DNA of 64,000 nucleotides from Fibrobacterota bacterium (GCA_019509785.1 JAEKLQ010000027.1:25755-89754), one strand, 5' to 3'; counted from the stretch's first letter, positions 49,917-61,013 are shown. The notes: generated by a model from the sequence alone, not told the origin. Numbers and translations: made by a program.

Positions 49917-52619
49917 ATGAACGAACTCACCCACATGGCCAACGAGGCCCTCCAGAAGGCCCAAGAGATCAAGCTCCAGGGCCGGCACGTGGAGCTGACC
50001 TCCCTGCATTTGGCCGCCGGGCTCATGCGCTCCGCTTACGATTTCCTCGAACCTTCCCTGGCCGATGCGGGCGTCAAAGCCATCGCCTTCGCCGAGGATC
50101 TGGAAGCCGCCGCCGCGAGGCAGCCGAAGGAGCAAGGCGGCGAAAGCGACCGCACCTCTCCCGACCTGCACAAGGTTCTGCAGGCGGCCAAGCGCATCAG
50201 CCTGGACATGGGGGATACCGTTGTTACCGTCGAGCATCTCTTGCTGGCCTTGGAGAAGGCGGAGATGTTCGATTTGAAAAGCGTTTTGGATAAGCATCGG
50301 ATCGATTTCAAGAAGCTGAAAGGCGCACTCATGAAGAACAGGAACAGCGGCCAGGGCGAGGGCGCCGGAGCGCATGGCGAGAACGCCGAGCAACAATACA
50401 AGGTGCTGGAGAAGTACGGGCATGAGCTCGTGGCCCGGGCCCGCGAAGGCAAGCTAGATCCGGTCATCGGGCGCGAAGAGGAGATCCGCCGGGTGATCCG
50501 CATCCTGTCGCGTAAGACCAAGAACAATCCCGTACTGGTGGGGGAGCCCGGCGTGGGGAAGACCGCCATCGTGGAAGGTTTGGCTCAACGCATCGTGAAG
50601 GGGGACGTGCCCGAATCCCTGAAGGGCAAGAAGATCTATAGCCTGGACATGGGCGCTCTCATCGCCGGGGCCAAGTACCGGGGCGAGTTCGAAGAACGCC
50701 TCAAGGCCGTACTGAAGGAATTGGAGAAGGAGCAAGGGACCTTGCTCTTCATCGATGAATTGCACACCATCGTCGGGGCGGGGAAGACCGAAGGATCCAT
50801 GGACGTGGGCAACCTCCTGAAGCCCAAGCTGGCGCGCGGCGAACTGCACTGCATCGGCGCGACCACCTTGAACGAATACAAGCAGCATATCGAAAAGGAC
50901 GCGGCCCTGGAGAGGCGGTTCCAGCCAGTGACCGTGCCTGAACCCACCCCCGACGAAAGCGTTTCCATCCTGCGCGGCATCAAGGAGCGCTTCGACCGGC
51001 ATCATGGCGTGCGCATCCAGGACAACGCCATCGTGGCCGCCGTAAAGCTGTCTTCCCGCTACATCGCCGATCGCTTCCTGCCGGACAAGGCCATCGACCT
51101 GATGGACGAGGCCGCCGCCATGGTCAAGACGCAATTGGACACGGCCCCGGAGGAATTGGACACCTTGGGCCGGCGCCTTTTGCAGATGCAGATCGAGGAA
51201 CAGGCCCTTAAGCAGGAGAAGGACGAGAAAAGCAAGGAACGGCTGCTGGTTCTCCGCGGCGAAATCGCGTCGTTGCGCGAGCAGGTGGAAACCATGCAGC
51301 GCCAATGGGAGGCCCATGCGCGCCAGATCCAAAAGGTGCGGGGGCTGCAGGGAGAGGTGGATAAGGTCAAGCAGCAAATCGAAAAGGCGGAAGCCGAATA
51401 CGATCTCAACCGCGCGGCGGAGCTGAAATACAAGACCCTGCGCGAGGCCGAACGCAAGTTGCAAGAGGCCCAGCATGCGGCCTCCCAGGTGAAGGTCGGC
51501 GGCATCGAATTCCACGAAGAGGTGACCGAGGACGAAATCGCCGAGGTGGTTTCCCGCTGGACGGGAATCCCCGTGACGCGCCTCCAGGAAGCGGAGAAGG
51601 ACAAGCTGCTGAATCTGCCGGACCATCTGGCCAAGCGCGTGGTGGGACAGCGCATGGGCATCCAAGCCCTGTCGCACGCCATCCTGCGCAACCGCTCGGG
51701 ACTGGGCCGCGAGAACCGGCCCATCGGAAGCTTCTTGTTCCTCGGGCCCACCGGCGTGGGCAAGACCGAGCTGACCAAGGCGGTGGCCGAGTTCCTGTTC
51801 GACAGCGAGAACTACGTCATCCGGCTGGACATGAGCGAGTACATGGAAAAGCACGCCGTCTCCAAGCTGATCGGCGCGCCTCCGGGATACGTAGGCTACG
51901 AGGAAGGCGGCCAATTGACCGAGGCCGTGCGGCGCCAGCCCTACGCGGTCGTTCTCCTGGACGAGGTCGAGAAGGCCCATCCGGACGTGTTCAACATCCT
52001 TTTGCAGGTGCTCGACGAGGGCCGCCTCTCCGATTCGCAAGGCCGGACGGTATCTTTCAAGAACACCATCATCGTGATGACCTCGAACATCGGCTCGCAG
52101 AAGTTCGCCGCCGCGGAATCGCCCATCACCGTGGACGATCTGATGCCGGACATCCGGAAGTTCTTCCGCATCGAATTCGTGAACCGCATCGACGAGATCA
52201 TCGTCTTCCAATCGCTGGCGAAGGAAGAGTTGGTCAAGATCGCCGAGCTGCGCTTCCGCGACCTTTCCAAGCGGCTGCGCGATCGCGGCATCGAAGCCGA
52301 GATCACGGCGGCAGCGGCCAAGGCCGTGGCCGAGAAGTCCTACGATCCGCAATACGGGGCGCGGCCCATCAACCGGTACATCCAAACCCATCTGGAGAAC
52401 CCGCTCAGCCGCCTGCTCATCGCGGGCGAACTGAAATCCGGCGATGCCTTGAAGGTGGACTTCCGCAACGATGCTTTCGCCTTCGACACCACCCCGGGGG
52501 CGGTTCCCGGAGCCGCTGCCGAGGCGGCCGCCAAGCCGGGGGCCAAAAACCCCAAGTCCAAGCCTGCGGCGGGCGCCAAGCAAGACGTGGAGGACGAAGA
52601 GTTCATCGAAGTCGATTAA
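49917..52619 (+). CDS. clpB: ATP-dependent chaperone ClpB (Hsp100)
   Basis: N-domain [13 protein letters not shown]. Two AAA+ modules ([28 protein letters not shown]). Middle coiled-coil. [14 protein letters not shown] signature. The first 33 codons of the track ORF were removed. Confidence 0.95.
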   Translation: MNELTHMANEALQKAQEIKLQGRHVELTSLHLAAGLMRSAYDFLEPSLADAGVKAIAFAEDLEAAAARQPKEQGGESDRTSPDLHKVLQAAKRISLDMGDTVVTVEHLLLALEKAEMFDLKSVLDKHRIDFKKLKGALMKNRNSGQGEGAGAHGENAEQQYKVLEKYGHELVARAREGKLDPVIGREEEIRRVIRILSRKTKNNPVLVGEPGVGKTAIVEGLAQRIVKGDVPESLKGKKIYSLDMGALIAGAKYRGEFEERLKAVLKELEKEQGTLLFIDELHTIVGAGKTEGSMDVGNLLKPKLARGELHCIGATTLNEYKQHIEKDAALERRFQPVTVPEPTPDESVSILRGIKERFDRHHGVRIQDNAIVAAVKLSSRYIADRFLPDKAIDLMDEAAAMVKTQLDTAPEELDTLGRRLLQMQIEEQALKQEKDEKSKERLLVLRGEIASLREQVETMQRQWEAHARQIQKVRGLQGEVDKVKQQIEKAEAEYDLNRAAELKYKTLREAERKLQEAQHAASQVKVGGIEFHEEVTEDEIAEVVSRWTGIPVTRLQEAEKDKLLNLPDHLAKRVVGQRMGIQALSHAILRNRSGLGRENRPIGSFLFLGPTGVGKTELTKAVAEFLFDSENYVIRLDMSEYMEKHAVSKLIGAPPGYVGYEEGGQLTEAVRRQPYAVVLLDEVEKAHPDVFNILLQVLDEGRLSDSQGRTVSFKNTIIVMTSNIGSQKFAAAESPITVDDLMPDIRKFFRIEFVNRIDEIIVFQSLAKEELVKIAELRFRDLSKRLRDRGIEAEITAAAAKAVAEKSYDPQYGARPINRYIQTHLENPLSRLLIAGELKSGDALKVDFRNDAFAFDTTPGAVPGAAAEAAAKPGAKNPKSKPAAGAKQDVEDEEFIEVD

Positions 52620-52769
52620 TCGCTAGAATCGGCGGTTCCCCCGGCGGGACCGCCCATTCCATTCCCGGTAATTCAGGGAAATCCGCCAATACCTCGCAGG
52701 AAATCGGCTCCCCGCGCGTTATATTGAATATCGGCCGGCTCCAGTCGGCCGAGGGGATAGGGGGGTCGG

Positions 52770-53543
52770 ATGTCCAAGTTCATCATCGCCATGCTGGCGG
52801 TTTGCTCCACGGTGCTGTTGCCGCGTACGGCCCAGGCTAAGACCTTTTCCGGCGATCATTACTCCATCGGTTTCGGAACCGCCTGGGATACCGTGCAGAC
52901 CCATTCCATCCTCGGCAAATACCTGGGGCTACAAGGTATGGCGACCATGACCGCGGACCTCGGAACGTCGCTTCCCAACCTCGACTCCCTGACCGCCGCC
53001 TACTCGGACAGCCTGGGCGGGAAGATTACCAAGGACTCCAGCGGGCGCATGACCATCGGGAAGTACGATGTGCATTGGCAGAAATTCACTTACGACAGCC
53101 TGCCCAAGTTGAGCGCCGCCGTTTCGAAAGCCACCGGCATGTCGACCACTTTGAAGAAGGGCGAATTCCGGGTGTACTACCTGAACTCCACCGGGGTCAG
53201 CTTTTCGATCGCGTGCATGTCGATCGTCTCAGGGGTGAAGGCCCCGTATGCCGACGTGGAAGCGGCTCTCGCGACCTTGACCTTGACCACCCAGACCGGC
53301 ATCATCCCCCTCGCGCCCGGGTTCTCCCGCGATATCTGGGTGAAAGACGGCAAGCTGGGCGGCGGATGGCTGAAGGCGAACCGCGTCTTCGCGGTGGAAT
53401 GCTACGATACGCGCGGCGCGTTCCTGGGCCAAGCGACCCATGCCGCGGAAGGCGCCTGGCAATTGCCGAAAGCGCAGGCGGAGATGCTGGTGCGCTTGAA
53501 GACCGCGAGCGGGAACGGGATGCATTTCCTGGTGCGGCCGTAA
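52770..53543 (+). CDS. Secreted hypothetical protein
   Basis: Signal peptide (MSKFIIAMLAVCSTVLLPRTAQA). No recognised domain. Confidence 0.5.
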   Translation: MSKFIIAMLAVCSTVLLPRTAQAKTFSGDHYSIGFGTAWDTVQTHSILGKYLGLQGMATMTADLGTSLPNLDSLTAAYSDSLGGKITKDSSGRMTIGKYDVHWQKFTYDSLPKLSAAVSKATGMSTTLKKGEFRVYYLNSTGVSFSIACMSIVSGVKAPYADVEAALATLTLTTQTGIIPLAPGFSRDIWVKDGKLGGGWLKANRVFAVECYDTRGAFLGQATHAAEGAWQLPKAQAEMLVRLKTASGNGMHFLVRP

Positions 53544-53632
53544 GGCTTTCCAAACCGCGGTTCGACGGTTTTCCGGAAAACCTTCCTACGCCCGCATTCT
53601 AATTATTTTCCTCCGACCCCCTCGGAGGCCCT

Positions 53633-54400
53633 ATGTCCCTTGTACTCAACGCGACCGTCTGGAACGAGTTCATCCACGAGCGGCGTCCCGGCAAGCCGCA
53701 AGAGATCTATCCGCAAGGCATCCATGCGGCCATAGCCGGGCATTTGAACGCGCATCCCGGCATCCGCGCCCGCACCGCCACCCTCGATGAACCCGAACAC
53801 GGCCTTACCGCCGAAGTCCTGGCGGGCACCGACGTGTTGTTCTGGTGGGGGCATCTGGCGCATGACAAGGTGGACGACGCCATCGTGAAGCGGGTGCAGG
53901 CCGAGGTATTGGCGGGCATGGGCCTGGTGGTGCTGCATTCGGGGCATGCGTCGAAAGTGTTCACCGCCCTCCTCGGGACCCACTGCTCCCTGCGCTGGCG
54001 CGAGGCGGACGAACGCGAGATCATCTGGAACATCGCCCCCGGCCACCCCATCGCCCGCGGGGTCGGCGATCGCATTGATTTGCCCCAGCACGAGATGTAC
54101 GGCGAGCGGCACGATATCCCGGAGCCCGACCAGGTGGTTTTCATTTCGTGGTTCGCGGGCGGGAACGTGTTCCGCAGCGGCTGCACCTTCACCCGCGGGT
54201 TGGGGCGGATCTTCTACTTCAGCCCGGGGCATGAGACCTATCCCATCTACCACCGCCCGGACATCCTGCAAATCCTCACCAATGCCGCCCGCTGGGGGGG
54301 CGAATTCTCCGCGGCGGAAAGGGCCCGCGCGGGGGGCGTTCCCCGGCATTTCGCGCAGGCCAGCCGTAACGAGAAGGATCCGGCGCAACCGCTGACTTAA
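53633..54400 (+). CDS. ThuA-family (class-I glutamine-amidotransferase-like) protein
   Basis: [10 protein letters not shown] and [11 protein letters not shown] are characteristic of trehalose-utilisation ThuA-like proteins. Confidence 0.65.
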   Translation: MSLVLNATVWNEFIHERRPGKPQEIYPQGIHAAIAGHLNAHPGIRARTATLDEPEHGLTAEVLAGTDVLFWWGHLAHDKVDDAIVKRVQAEVLAGMGLVVLHSGHASKVFTALLGTHCSLRWREADEREIIWNIAPGHPIARGVGDRIDLPQHEMYGERHDIPEPDQVVFISWFAGGNVFRSGCTFTRGLGRIFYFSPGHETYPIYHRPDILQILTNAARWGGEFSAAERARAGGVPRHFAQASRNEKDPAQPLT

Positions 54401-54620
54401 TCGGTCGCCGGGTGCCGGCTTGCAGGGCCGCTACGGCCTGGGCCGGGGGTATAATTCACGCGCTGGTCGGTACAAAAGCCGCGCTGGCCGCGGGTAGCTT
54501 CCGGGAGGCGGATTTTCCCCTCCCTTGATCCGTTTTGCCTCATTAATCTATATATCACCGCTGCCGCATGCGGGAGAAGGCGGGATCCGCAATTCTTCGC
54601 GCCTTCACATCCGGAAAGGA

Positions 54621-55865
54621 ATGGCCATGGCCGTGAAACCCTTCGAACCGAAATTCATGAAGATGGGCGTGCTCACCGCCGCCCTCCAGGAACTCACGCC
54701 CCGGGAAATCCGCGATGCCGATCCCGATAAGGCGATCGAGGACTGGCTGCAATTCGCGCGCGAACTGGAAGTCCCCAACATCCAGCTCTCGTCCGCCCTG
54801 CATCCCAGCGAGAGCGACGTGCCCGCCGAGGCCATGCTCGATCCGACCGCCAACCACCTCGATCTGCGCAAGCCCTTCGATCGCAAGCGCGCCGAGCGCG
54901 TGCTCGCGGCCATGAAGGAAACCCGGGTGGGCATGACCGACCTGGCCTACTTCGACAACATGCTCGTCGATCACGACGCGAACCGCAAGAAGAAGCACGA
55001 CTTCATGATCCGCTGCATGGACGCCGCGGTGTTGCTGGGGCTGAAGGCCGTGTGCGGTTTCATCGGGCGCAACATCAAGCTGTCGATGGACCAGAACTAC
55101 GACATGTTCGAAAAGGAATTCGTGCCGCTCCTGAAGGCCGCCAAGGATCGCGGGCTGCAATACCGGGTGGAGCAATGCCCCATGCCGGGCTGGAATCCGA
55201 CTGATCTCTGGGTGAACAACATCGGGCACGTGCCCGCCGCCTGGATCGCCTTGCACCGCATCGCCGAGAAGCACGGCGTGGGCGACGCTTTCCGCGTCCA
55301 TTACGATCCGTCCCATGCCATCCTGATGGGCCAGGATACCCGCGCCAACTTCCAGTACCTGAAGGACGAGGGCTACGGCTTCATCATCGCGGGCTTCCAC
55401 GTCAAGGGCCAGGTGATCGATCCGAAGGGCGTCGCCGCCTGGGGTTATCAGGGCCAGGCCGCGCAACGCGGCGATTGGAAGAACGGCAAGGTCTCGGAAA
55501 ACCCGGCCGATCTCCTCAACGCCTGGAAGAAGCAGGTTTCCTATAGCATGCATGAACTGCCTGGCACCGCCAAGCATGACCCGCTCGCCTACCTGCAGAA
55601 CCGCACGGTGGATTGGCTGGATCACCAGTTGGCCGCCCGCGAGCTCTTGCAGCTCAACGTGGCCGAGACGCCATTGCTGGTGGAACACGAATATCCGCCG
55701 GCGCGCATCCAGGACAAGGAAAAGCTGAAGCCGATCCTCAAAGGCTCGCTGGCCTTCACCCGCTGCATCGACGAGACCGCCGGCTGCATGTTCGCTCTCC
55801 ACGAGAGCATGAAGGCGCAGGGGATCGCGGTGCAGGGCGTGGGGCGCGAAGCCTACCGTTCCTGA
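54621..55865 (+). CDS. Sugar phosphate isomerase/epimerase (xylose-isomerase-like TIM barrel), candidate 3-keto-sugar lyase/isomerase
   Basis: TIM-barrel metal-site pattern (…HYDPSHAIL…GFHVKG…). Start at MAMAVKPF with AAGGA Shine-Dalgarno. Co-located with Gfo/Idh/MocA dehydrogenases. Confidence 0.7.
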   Translation: MAMAVKPFEPKFMKMGVLTAALQELTPREIRDADPDKAIEDWLQFARELEVPNIQLSSALHPSESDVPAEAMLDPTANHLDLRKPFDRKRAERVLAAMKETRVGMTDLAYFDNMLVDHDANRKKKHDFMIRCMDAAVLLGLKAVCGFIGRNIKLSMDQNYDMFEKEFVPLLKAAKDRGLQYRVEQCPMPGWNPTDLWVNNIGHVPAAWIALHRIAEKHGVGDAFRVHYDPSHAILMGQDTRANFQYLKDEGYGFIIAGFHVKGQVIDPKGVAAWGYQGQAAQRGDWKNGKVSENPADLLNAWKKQVSYSMHELPGTAKHDPLAYLQNRTVDWLDHQLAARELLQLNVAETPLLVEHEYPPARIQDKEKLKPILKGSLAFTRCIDETAGCMFALHESMKAQGIAVQGVGREAYRS

Positions 55866-55873
55866 TAAAGAAA

Positions 55874-55973
55874 GGGTTAAGGGTACAGGGTACAGGGTTA
55901 AGGGCGTTGGGGAAAATAGAGGCGTTTCTAACCCTTTACCCTTTACCCTGTACCCTTAAATCCCGTACCCTTT
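55874..55973. repeat. Second copy of the GGGTTAA/GGGTACA heptamer inverted-repeat element
   Basis: GGGTTAA GGGTACA GGGTACA GGGTTAA GGGCGTT, then a 20-nt spacer, then complementary TAACCCT TTACCCT TTACCCT GTACCCT... Begins 9 nt after the isomerase stop codon. Confidence 0.8.
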
Positions 55974-56008
55974 CGAAGCAAAAATCGCAACCAGAAGAAG
56001 GATGAGCC

Positions 56009-57163
56009 ATGGCACAGCGGAAACTTAGAGGCGGAATGGTCGGCGGCGGCATCGGGGCCTTCATCGGTCCGGTCCACCGGATGGCGGCGACCTTGGACAA
56101 CGAGGCGGAATTCGTGGCGGGGGCCTTTTCCCGCGACCCCGAGAAGTCCCGCAAATCGGGCGAGGAACTGGGGCTCGATGCCTCCCGCGTTTACGGTAGC
56201 TTCAAGGAAATGGCCGAGAAGGAAGCCAAGCTTCCGGCCGACAAGCGCATCGATTTCGTCTCCATCGTGGTCCCGAACAATAGCCACTACGAAGCGGCCA
56301 AGGCCTTCCTGGAGGCCGGCATCAACGTGATCTGCGACAAGCCCATGACCACCACCTTGGCCGATGCCAAGGCCCTGCGGGAACTGGTCAAGAAGAGCGG
56401 CAAGGTCTTCGCCCTCACCCACAACTATACCGGTTATCCCATGGTCAAACAGGCCCGCCACATGGTGCAGAGCGGCCTGCTGGGGAAGATCAACAAGGTG
56501 GTTTGCGAGTATCCCCAAGGTTGGATGAGCGGGCTCATCACCAGCCCGGGGAACGCCATCGGCATGTGGCGCATGGATCCCAAGGTGGCCGGCGGCTCCG
56601 GCTGCATGGGGGATCTGGGGACCCACGGCGAGAACCTGATCCGCTATATCACCGGGCTGGAAATCGAAGAGGTATGCGCCGACCTCACCACCTTCGTGAA
56701 GGGGAACGGGCTCGAGGATGACGGCAATTTGCTGTTGCACTTCAAGGGCGGCGCCCGGGGCATCCTCTACGCTTCCCAGATCTCCGCGGGGGAGGAAAAT
56801 CCCCTCAGCATCCGCGTGTACGGAACCAAGCTGGGCCTGGAGTGGCGGCAAGAGGATCCCAATTACCTGCTGGTCAAGGATCCTGCCGGCACCATCACCC
56901 GCTGGTCCAAGGGCAATTCCAACCTCTGCAAGGAGGCGCAGGAAGCCGCCCGCCTGATCTGGGGCCATCCCGACGGGTATATCGAGGCTTTCGCCAACAT
57001 CTACCGGGAAGCCTATAAGGGCATACGGGCGTTGCAAGCCGGGCAGAATATCCCCGCCCTGGACCATCCCACCGCCGATGACGGCGTGATCGGCGTCGCG
57101 TTTATAGACGCGTTGCTGGCGAGCAACAAATCCAGCAGCAAGTGGACCCGCATGGAGGCCTAA
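56009..57163 (+). CDS. Gfo/Idh/MocA-family NAD(P)-dependent oxidoreductase
   Basis: N-terminal Rossmann [16 protein letters not shown] motif (CDKPMTT), C-terminal alpha/beta domain. Confidence 0.9.
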   Translation: MAQRKLRGGMVGGGIGAFIGPVHRMAATLDNEAEFVAGAFSRDPEKSRKSGEELGLDASRVYGSFKEMAEKEAKLPADKRIDFVSIVVPNNSHYEAAKAFLEAGINVICDKPMTTTLADAKALRELVKKSGKVFALTHNYTGYPMVKQARHMVQSGLLGKINKVVCEYPQGWMSGLITSPGNAIGMWRMDPKVAGGSGCMGDLGTHGENLIRYITGLEIEEVCADLTTFVKGNGLEDDGNLLLHFKGGARGILYASQISAGEENPLSIRVYGTKLGLEWRQEDPNYLLVKDPAGTITRWSKGNSNLCKEAQEAARLIWGHPDGYIEAFANIYREAYKGIRALQAGQNIPALDHPTADDGVIGVAFIDALLASNKSSSKWTRMEA

Positions 57164-57229
57164 GGGCCGCCATCAGGTCAAGGGATCAAGGACTCGATAC
57201 GGGACGCATGCAGCGGCGAGGAGGGTAAC

Positions 57230-58315
57230 ATGGCGGTTAAGATCGGCATCGTAGGCGCGGGGTGGATGGCGGCCTATCACGTGAGCGGCTTCCGGAGCGC
57301 CGGGGCCGAGGTAGTGGCCATCGCGGACATGAATCCCGAAGCCGCCGCGGCGGCCGCGAAGAAGTACGGCGTGGACAAGCACTTCGGCGGCGCGGGCGAG
57401 ATGTATAGCGCCCTGAAGGATCTGGACGCCATCTCCATCATCACGCCCAACGCCTTCCACCAATCCCTGGCCCTGGAGGCCCTGGCCCAAGGCAAGCACG
57501 TTTTCTGCGAGAAGCCGCCGGCCTTGAACGCGGCCGGCGTGGAGGAAATGGCCGCCGCCGCCAAGCAACGCGGCAAGATCCTCATGTTCAATTTCAACAA
57601 CCGCGCCCGGCCCGAAGCCTACGCCATGCGCAATTACATCCGCTCCGGCGCTGTCGGCCGCATCGATTCCGCCCAGGCCTCCTGGATCCGGCGCACCGGC
57701 ATCCCCGGTTTCGGCGGCTGGTTCACCAATAAGAAGATGTCGGGGGGAGGCCCCTTGATCGATCTTCTGCACATGATTGATCTCGCCCTCCACTTCATGG
57801 ACTATCCCGAGCCCGCTTACGTGCTTGGGCAGACCTTCGACGGCCATATCGGCAACCCCGCGTTCAAAGGGCCCTGGGGCATCCCGGACGTCAAGAACGG
57901 CGTTACCGACGTGGAAGCCGCCGCCCATGGCTTCGTGACCTTCAAGTCCGGCCAGATCCTCTCCATCCGCAACTCGTGGGCGGAGATGAACAAGCGCGAG
58001 GAAGTTTCGGTGGTGTTCCAAGGCCAGAAGGCGGGCGGCATGATGCAACGCCTGTTCAAGGTGGACGGCATCGATTCCACCAGCATCGATACCTGCGAGC
58101 TGTATACACAGGAGAACGGCTATTCCGTGAACCGCAACATCGTTACGGAACCGGACGAGGCCATGGGCCGCACGCGCTCCGCCAAGAACTTCGCCCTCCA
58201 CCTGGAAGGGAAGGAAGAGCCGCTGAATACGGCCGACGAGGCCGTGAAGCTGATGAAAATCATCGACGGAATCTACGCTTCGGCCAAAACGGGCCGGCCG
58301 GTGGAGATTCGCTAA
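57230..58315 (+). CDS. Gfo/Idh/MocA-family oxidoreductase (second paralog)
   Basis: IGIVGAGWMAAYHV Rossmann, CEKPPAL, typical family architecture. Confidence 0.9.
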   Translation: MAVKIGIVGAGWMAAYHVSGFRSAGAEVVAIADMNPEAAAAAAKKYGVDKHFGGAGEMYSALKDLDAISIITPNAFHQSLALEALAQGKHVFCEKPPALNAAGVEEMAAAAKQRGKILMFNFNNRARPEAYAMRNYIRSGAVGRIDSAQASWIRRTGIPGFGGWFTNKKMSGGGPLIDLLHMIDLALHFMDYPEPAYVLGQTFDGHIGNPAFKGPWGIPDVKNGVTDVEAAAHGFVTFKSGQILSIRNSWAEMNKREEVSVVFQGQKAGGMMQRLFKVDGIDSTSIDTCELYTQENGYSVNRNIVTEPDEAMGRTRSAKNFALHLEGKEEPLNTADEAVKLMKIIDGIYASAKTGRPVEIR

Positions 58316-58349
58316 GGGACGTCCTGACGGGATTCCGACCTTAGCATTG

Positions 58350-59024
58350 TCACCAACGAATCGCCGGCAAGGATAGCCGGAAATAAACTTCGACGGAAAC
58401 GGGCGCTCCCCTTTCCCCGGAGGCGAAGACGATGGGGCGCACTTCATCGCCGTCAGCGATGGATTCCATCAGATTGTTGGATCGGCTGCGCTCACGCAAC
58501 CATGAGTAGCCCACTCGGGTCCCCGCCGACATGAATCCGGCGAAGTCGAGTTCCGCCGTGATGCCCGCCCCGGTTAGTTCATACCGATCGATGAGCGCCC
58601 CGCTGTAGGAGTCGCCGTTCGGAAATCCGCCTTGGACCAAGGTGTACCGGTTCACGCCCGTCTGCCGCATGATGTCGGCCCCGAGGAAAGCCGCGGTGAG
58701 GGAATCGTGCAGGATCCTGCGCGCCGCCCCCAGGTTCTGGCGGGAATATTTTTCCTCCAACCGGGAGTCGCAGAAAAGGCAGAAGCTATGGGCATCCACC
58801 CAGGTCCAGGTCCCCGTAAATTTCCAATCCCGGCCCGGGGTCAAGGATAGGCCGGCATGGGGGATATAGTTGACGTTTTCCGTGGACCGGTAGGGACGAA
58901 AGCGCGCCGCGTCCCCGAAGTTCATGCCCGAACCCAGGAAGGCTTCGATCCTGCCTGCCGCTGCGGGCGGAACGAGGATGGCGCAAATCGCGATGGCCCG
59001 GCAAGCGGGTATTCCGATTCTCAA
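58350..59024 (-). CDS. Secreted hypothetical protein
   Basis: Signal peptide. No domain recognised. 4-nt overlap with the upstream gene. Confidence 0.45.
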   Translation of the reverse strand: MRIGIPACRAIAICAILVPPAAAGRIEAFLGSGMNFGDAARFRPYRSTENVNYIPHAGLSLTPGRDWKFTGTWTWVDAHSFCLFCDSRLEEKYSRQNLGAARRILHDSLTAAFLGADIMRQTGVNRYTLVQGGFPNGDSYSGALIDRYELTGAGITAELDFAGFMSAGTRVGYSWLRERSRSNNLMESIADGDEVRPIVFASGERGAPVSVEVYFRLSLPAIRW

Positions 59025-59482
59025 GGGCCGGTTTGGACGCGTTTAACGGATTGCACGTATAGATCCCCGTAGAGTTTGACGCCGCAGTCCGGGCAAATGG
59101 TATGCGTGAAATCGGCATGGCTGCGCTTTTGGATGTATTCCTCGATGGGGCTCCAGTGGTTCTCGCCATCGCGGATCTTCTTGCAACTCGCGCAGACGCT
59201 CATCATCCCTTCCAAAAGGCGGATCTTATGCAGGATCTTCATCTGGATATACAGGGCCAGTATGAACAGGCATGCGACCCAGATGGTATCCAGGAGTCCC
59301 GCCAGCCGGGAATTGCCTATGGGAAAATCCTTCCCGATGAATTTGGGGATGAGCCATTCATCGTCGATGGAAATGAAAACGATGAGCGCGGCGAAGCAGA
59401 TGGCTTCGATGACGATGAGACGGCGGATGAGATAGGTCCCCGCGAGTTTCATGCGCGCGGGATCCGGCTTCGGGGTTTTCAT
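59021..59482 (-). CDS. Small membrane protein with C-terminal Cys4/His putative zinc-binding module (CxxCKKIR...W...H...HxxCPxC)
   Basis: Two TM helices, then CASCKKIRDGENHWSPIEEYIQKRSHADFTHTICPDC. 4-nt overlap with the PCD gene. Confidence 0.55.
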   Translation of the reverse strand: MKTPKPDPARMKLAGTYLIRRLIVIEAICFAALIVFISIDDEWLIPKFIGKDFPIGNSRLAGLLDTIWVACLFILALYIQMKILHKIRLLEGMMSVCASCKKIRDGENHWSPIEEYIQKRSHADFTHTICPDCGVKLYGDLYVQSVKRVQTGP

Positions 59483-59832
59483 CCCGCCGCCGGCCGCGGA
59501 AGGTTCTCCACTTTGGCCGCCAGGATGAAATCGTTATCCGATAGGCCCCCGACCGCGTGGGTCCACAAGGTTATGCCCACCTTGCCCCAGGAGAGGGCGA
59601 TGTCGGGATGATGATCCTGGGCTTCCGCCAGGGCCCCTACGCGGTTCGTGAATTCCAGCGCCTGTTTGAAGTCTTTGAAGTCGAATTGCTTTTCGAGCTT
59701 CTTCCCATCCCGTACTTTCCAGTCATGGCCCAATCCGGACTTCAGCTTTTCCAGGGCTTCGCCCGCCAATGGCGGCGCGCCTTTCTTACTCGGCTTGCAA
59801 TCCCGCTCTGCCAACGATTCGAATTCCTGCAT
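59479..59832 (-). CDS. Pterin-4-alpha-carbinolamine dehydratase (PCD/DCoH)
   Basis: EKQFDFKDFKQALEFTNRVGALAEAQDHHPDIALSWGKVGITLWTHAVGGLSDNDF is the canonical PCD core with HHP motif. Start at MQEFESL, preceded by a GGAGG Shine-Dalgarno. Confidence 0.85.
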   Translation of the reverse strand: MQEFESLAERDCKPSKKGAPPLAGEALEKLKSGLGHDWKVRDGKKLEKQFDFKDFKQALEFTNRVGALAEAQDHHPDIALSWGKVGITLWTHAVGGLSDNDFILAAKVENLPRPAAG

Positions 59833-59989
59833 ACGAACCTCCCAAGGCCGCCCGCTCCCGGCCATCCGATGAAGATAAAATAACGATTCGACGCTTCCCG
59901 CGGGGGATACCAGGCCAGAAGCTTACGCCTACGCTATATTGATTTGCCTAGGGCCGGGGTTTTTTCGGGCTTACGAACGGGGCAAGGGC

Positions 59990-60955
59990 ATGATGGGAAT
60001 GGGTAAGGTATTCCGCGCTTCCATGGTCATTCTATCCTTGGCTGCCGCGGCCCGATCGCAAACCTCCACGGTGCAGCTCCCTAAGCCGGATTCGGCGGGA
60101 TGGATCAAGCTGTGGCGCGGGGATAATCCCCAGGATTTTTTCACCTATTACAGCCCGACCAGCAGCAATAACGCCTTCCCGGACAATACCTTCAAGTTCA
60201 GCAAGGACACCATCGTGGTCTCGGGAACGCCTACCGGCCATATCATGTTCAAGCAGTCGTTTTCCCATTACCGCATCCGCTTCGAGCAGATGGAGCCTAC
60301 CAAAATCGGGAATTGCGGCATGATCGTCCATGTCCAGATGGGCGACCCCGTCCTGTTCGGCTCATTCCCCCGCTCCATCGAATGCCAGGGCGATCCCACC
60401 CAAGGCATCGGCCAGGTTTGGTGCATCAGCAGCGTATGGGTCTCCGTGCATGCGAAAACCGGAAGCGGTGCCCCCCGCTATGATCCCACGGCGCCGCTGA
60501 TTACCTACGGGGCCAAGGATGACAACTCCCGCCAGATCCTCGGCGTGAAGGAACCGGCCGAGGCACTCAACGAATGGGTGCTCGTCGAGGCCGAGGTGCA
60601 TGGCTCGGACAGCCTGGCCCATTTCGTACGGGGCGAGACCATGATCAAGTATTCGAATCCCCATGTCGGGCCGGCCAACAATCCCAACCAGGTGGATAAG
60701 GTCCTGAAAAGCGGTCTGGTGGCGTGGCAATCCGAAGGCGTGCCGGTGCGTTACCGCAATATCTACATCAAGCTGTTCAAGGAAGATCCCTTGTACGCTT
60801 CCCTTTACGGGACCACCGGCATAGCCGATTACCGGATCCTGCCCAAGGCGGGCGTCAAGCCGGCGCTGCGGATGGAAGCCGGGGTCTTGAGCGTTGTGCG
60901 CGGGTCCCAAGCCTTGACTCTGACGGGACAGGCCTTGCCCGTCAAAGGACTCTGA
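59990..60955 (+). CDS. DUF1080-family (3-keto-disaccharide hydrolase-like, LamG fold) secreted protein
   Basis: Signal peptide. GWIKLWRG...DNTFKFSKDTIVVSG...YRIRFEQ...GNCGMIVHV and C-terminal VPVRYRNIYIKL match DUF1080 jelly-roll signatures. Confidence 0.65.
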   Translation: MMGMGKVFRASMVILSLAAAARSQTSTVQLPKPDSAGWIKLWRGDNPQDFFTYYSPTSSNNAFPDNTFKFSKDTIVVSGTPTGHIMFKQSFSHYRIRFEQMEPTKIGNCGMIVHVQMGDPVLFGSFPRSIECQGDPTQGIGQVWCISSVWVSVHAKTGSGAPRYDPTAPLITYGAKDDNSRQILGVKEPAEALNEWVLVEAEVHGSDSLAHFVRGETMIKYSNPHVGPANNPNQVDKVLKSGLVAWQSEGVPVRYRNIYIKLFKEDPLYASLYGTTGIADYRILPKAGVKPALRMEAGVLSVVRGSQALTLTGQALPVKGL

Positions 60956-61013
60956 AAGTTCGATAACCGGTTTTCGCTAGGCCCGTTTGCATCCACCGAT
61001 TGGAACGGCTCGG

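Noticed and set aside
50454-52583. 709-aa minus-strand ORF
   Set aside because: Antisense to clpB.
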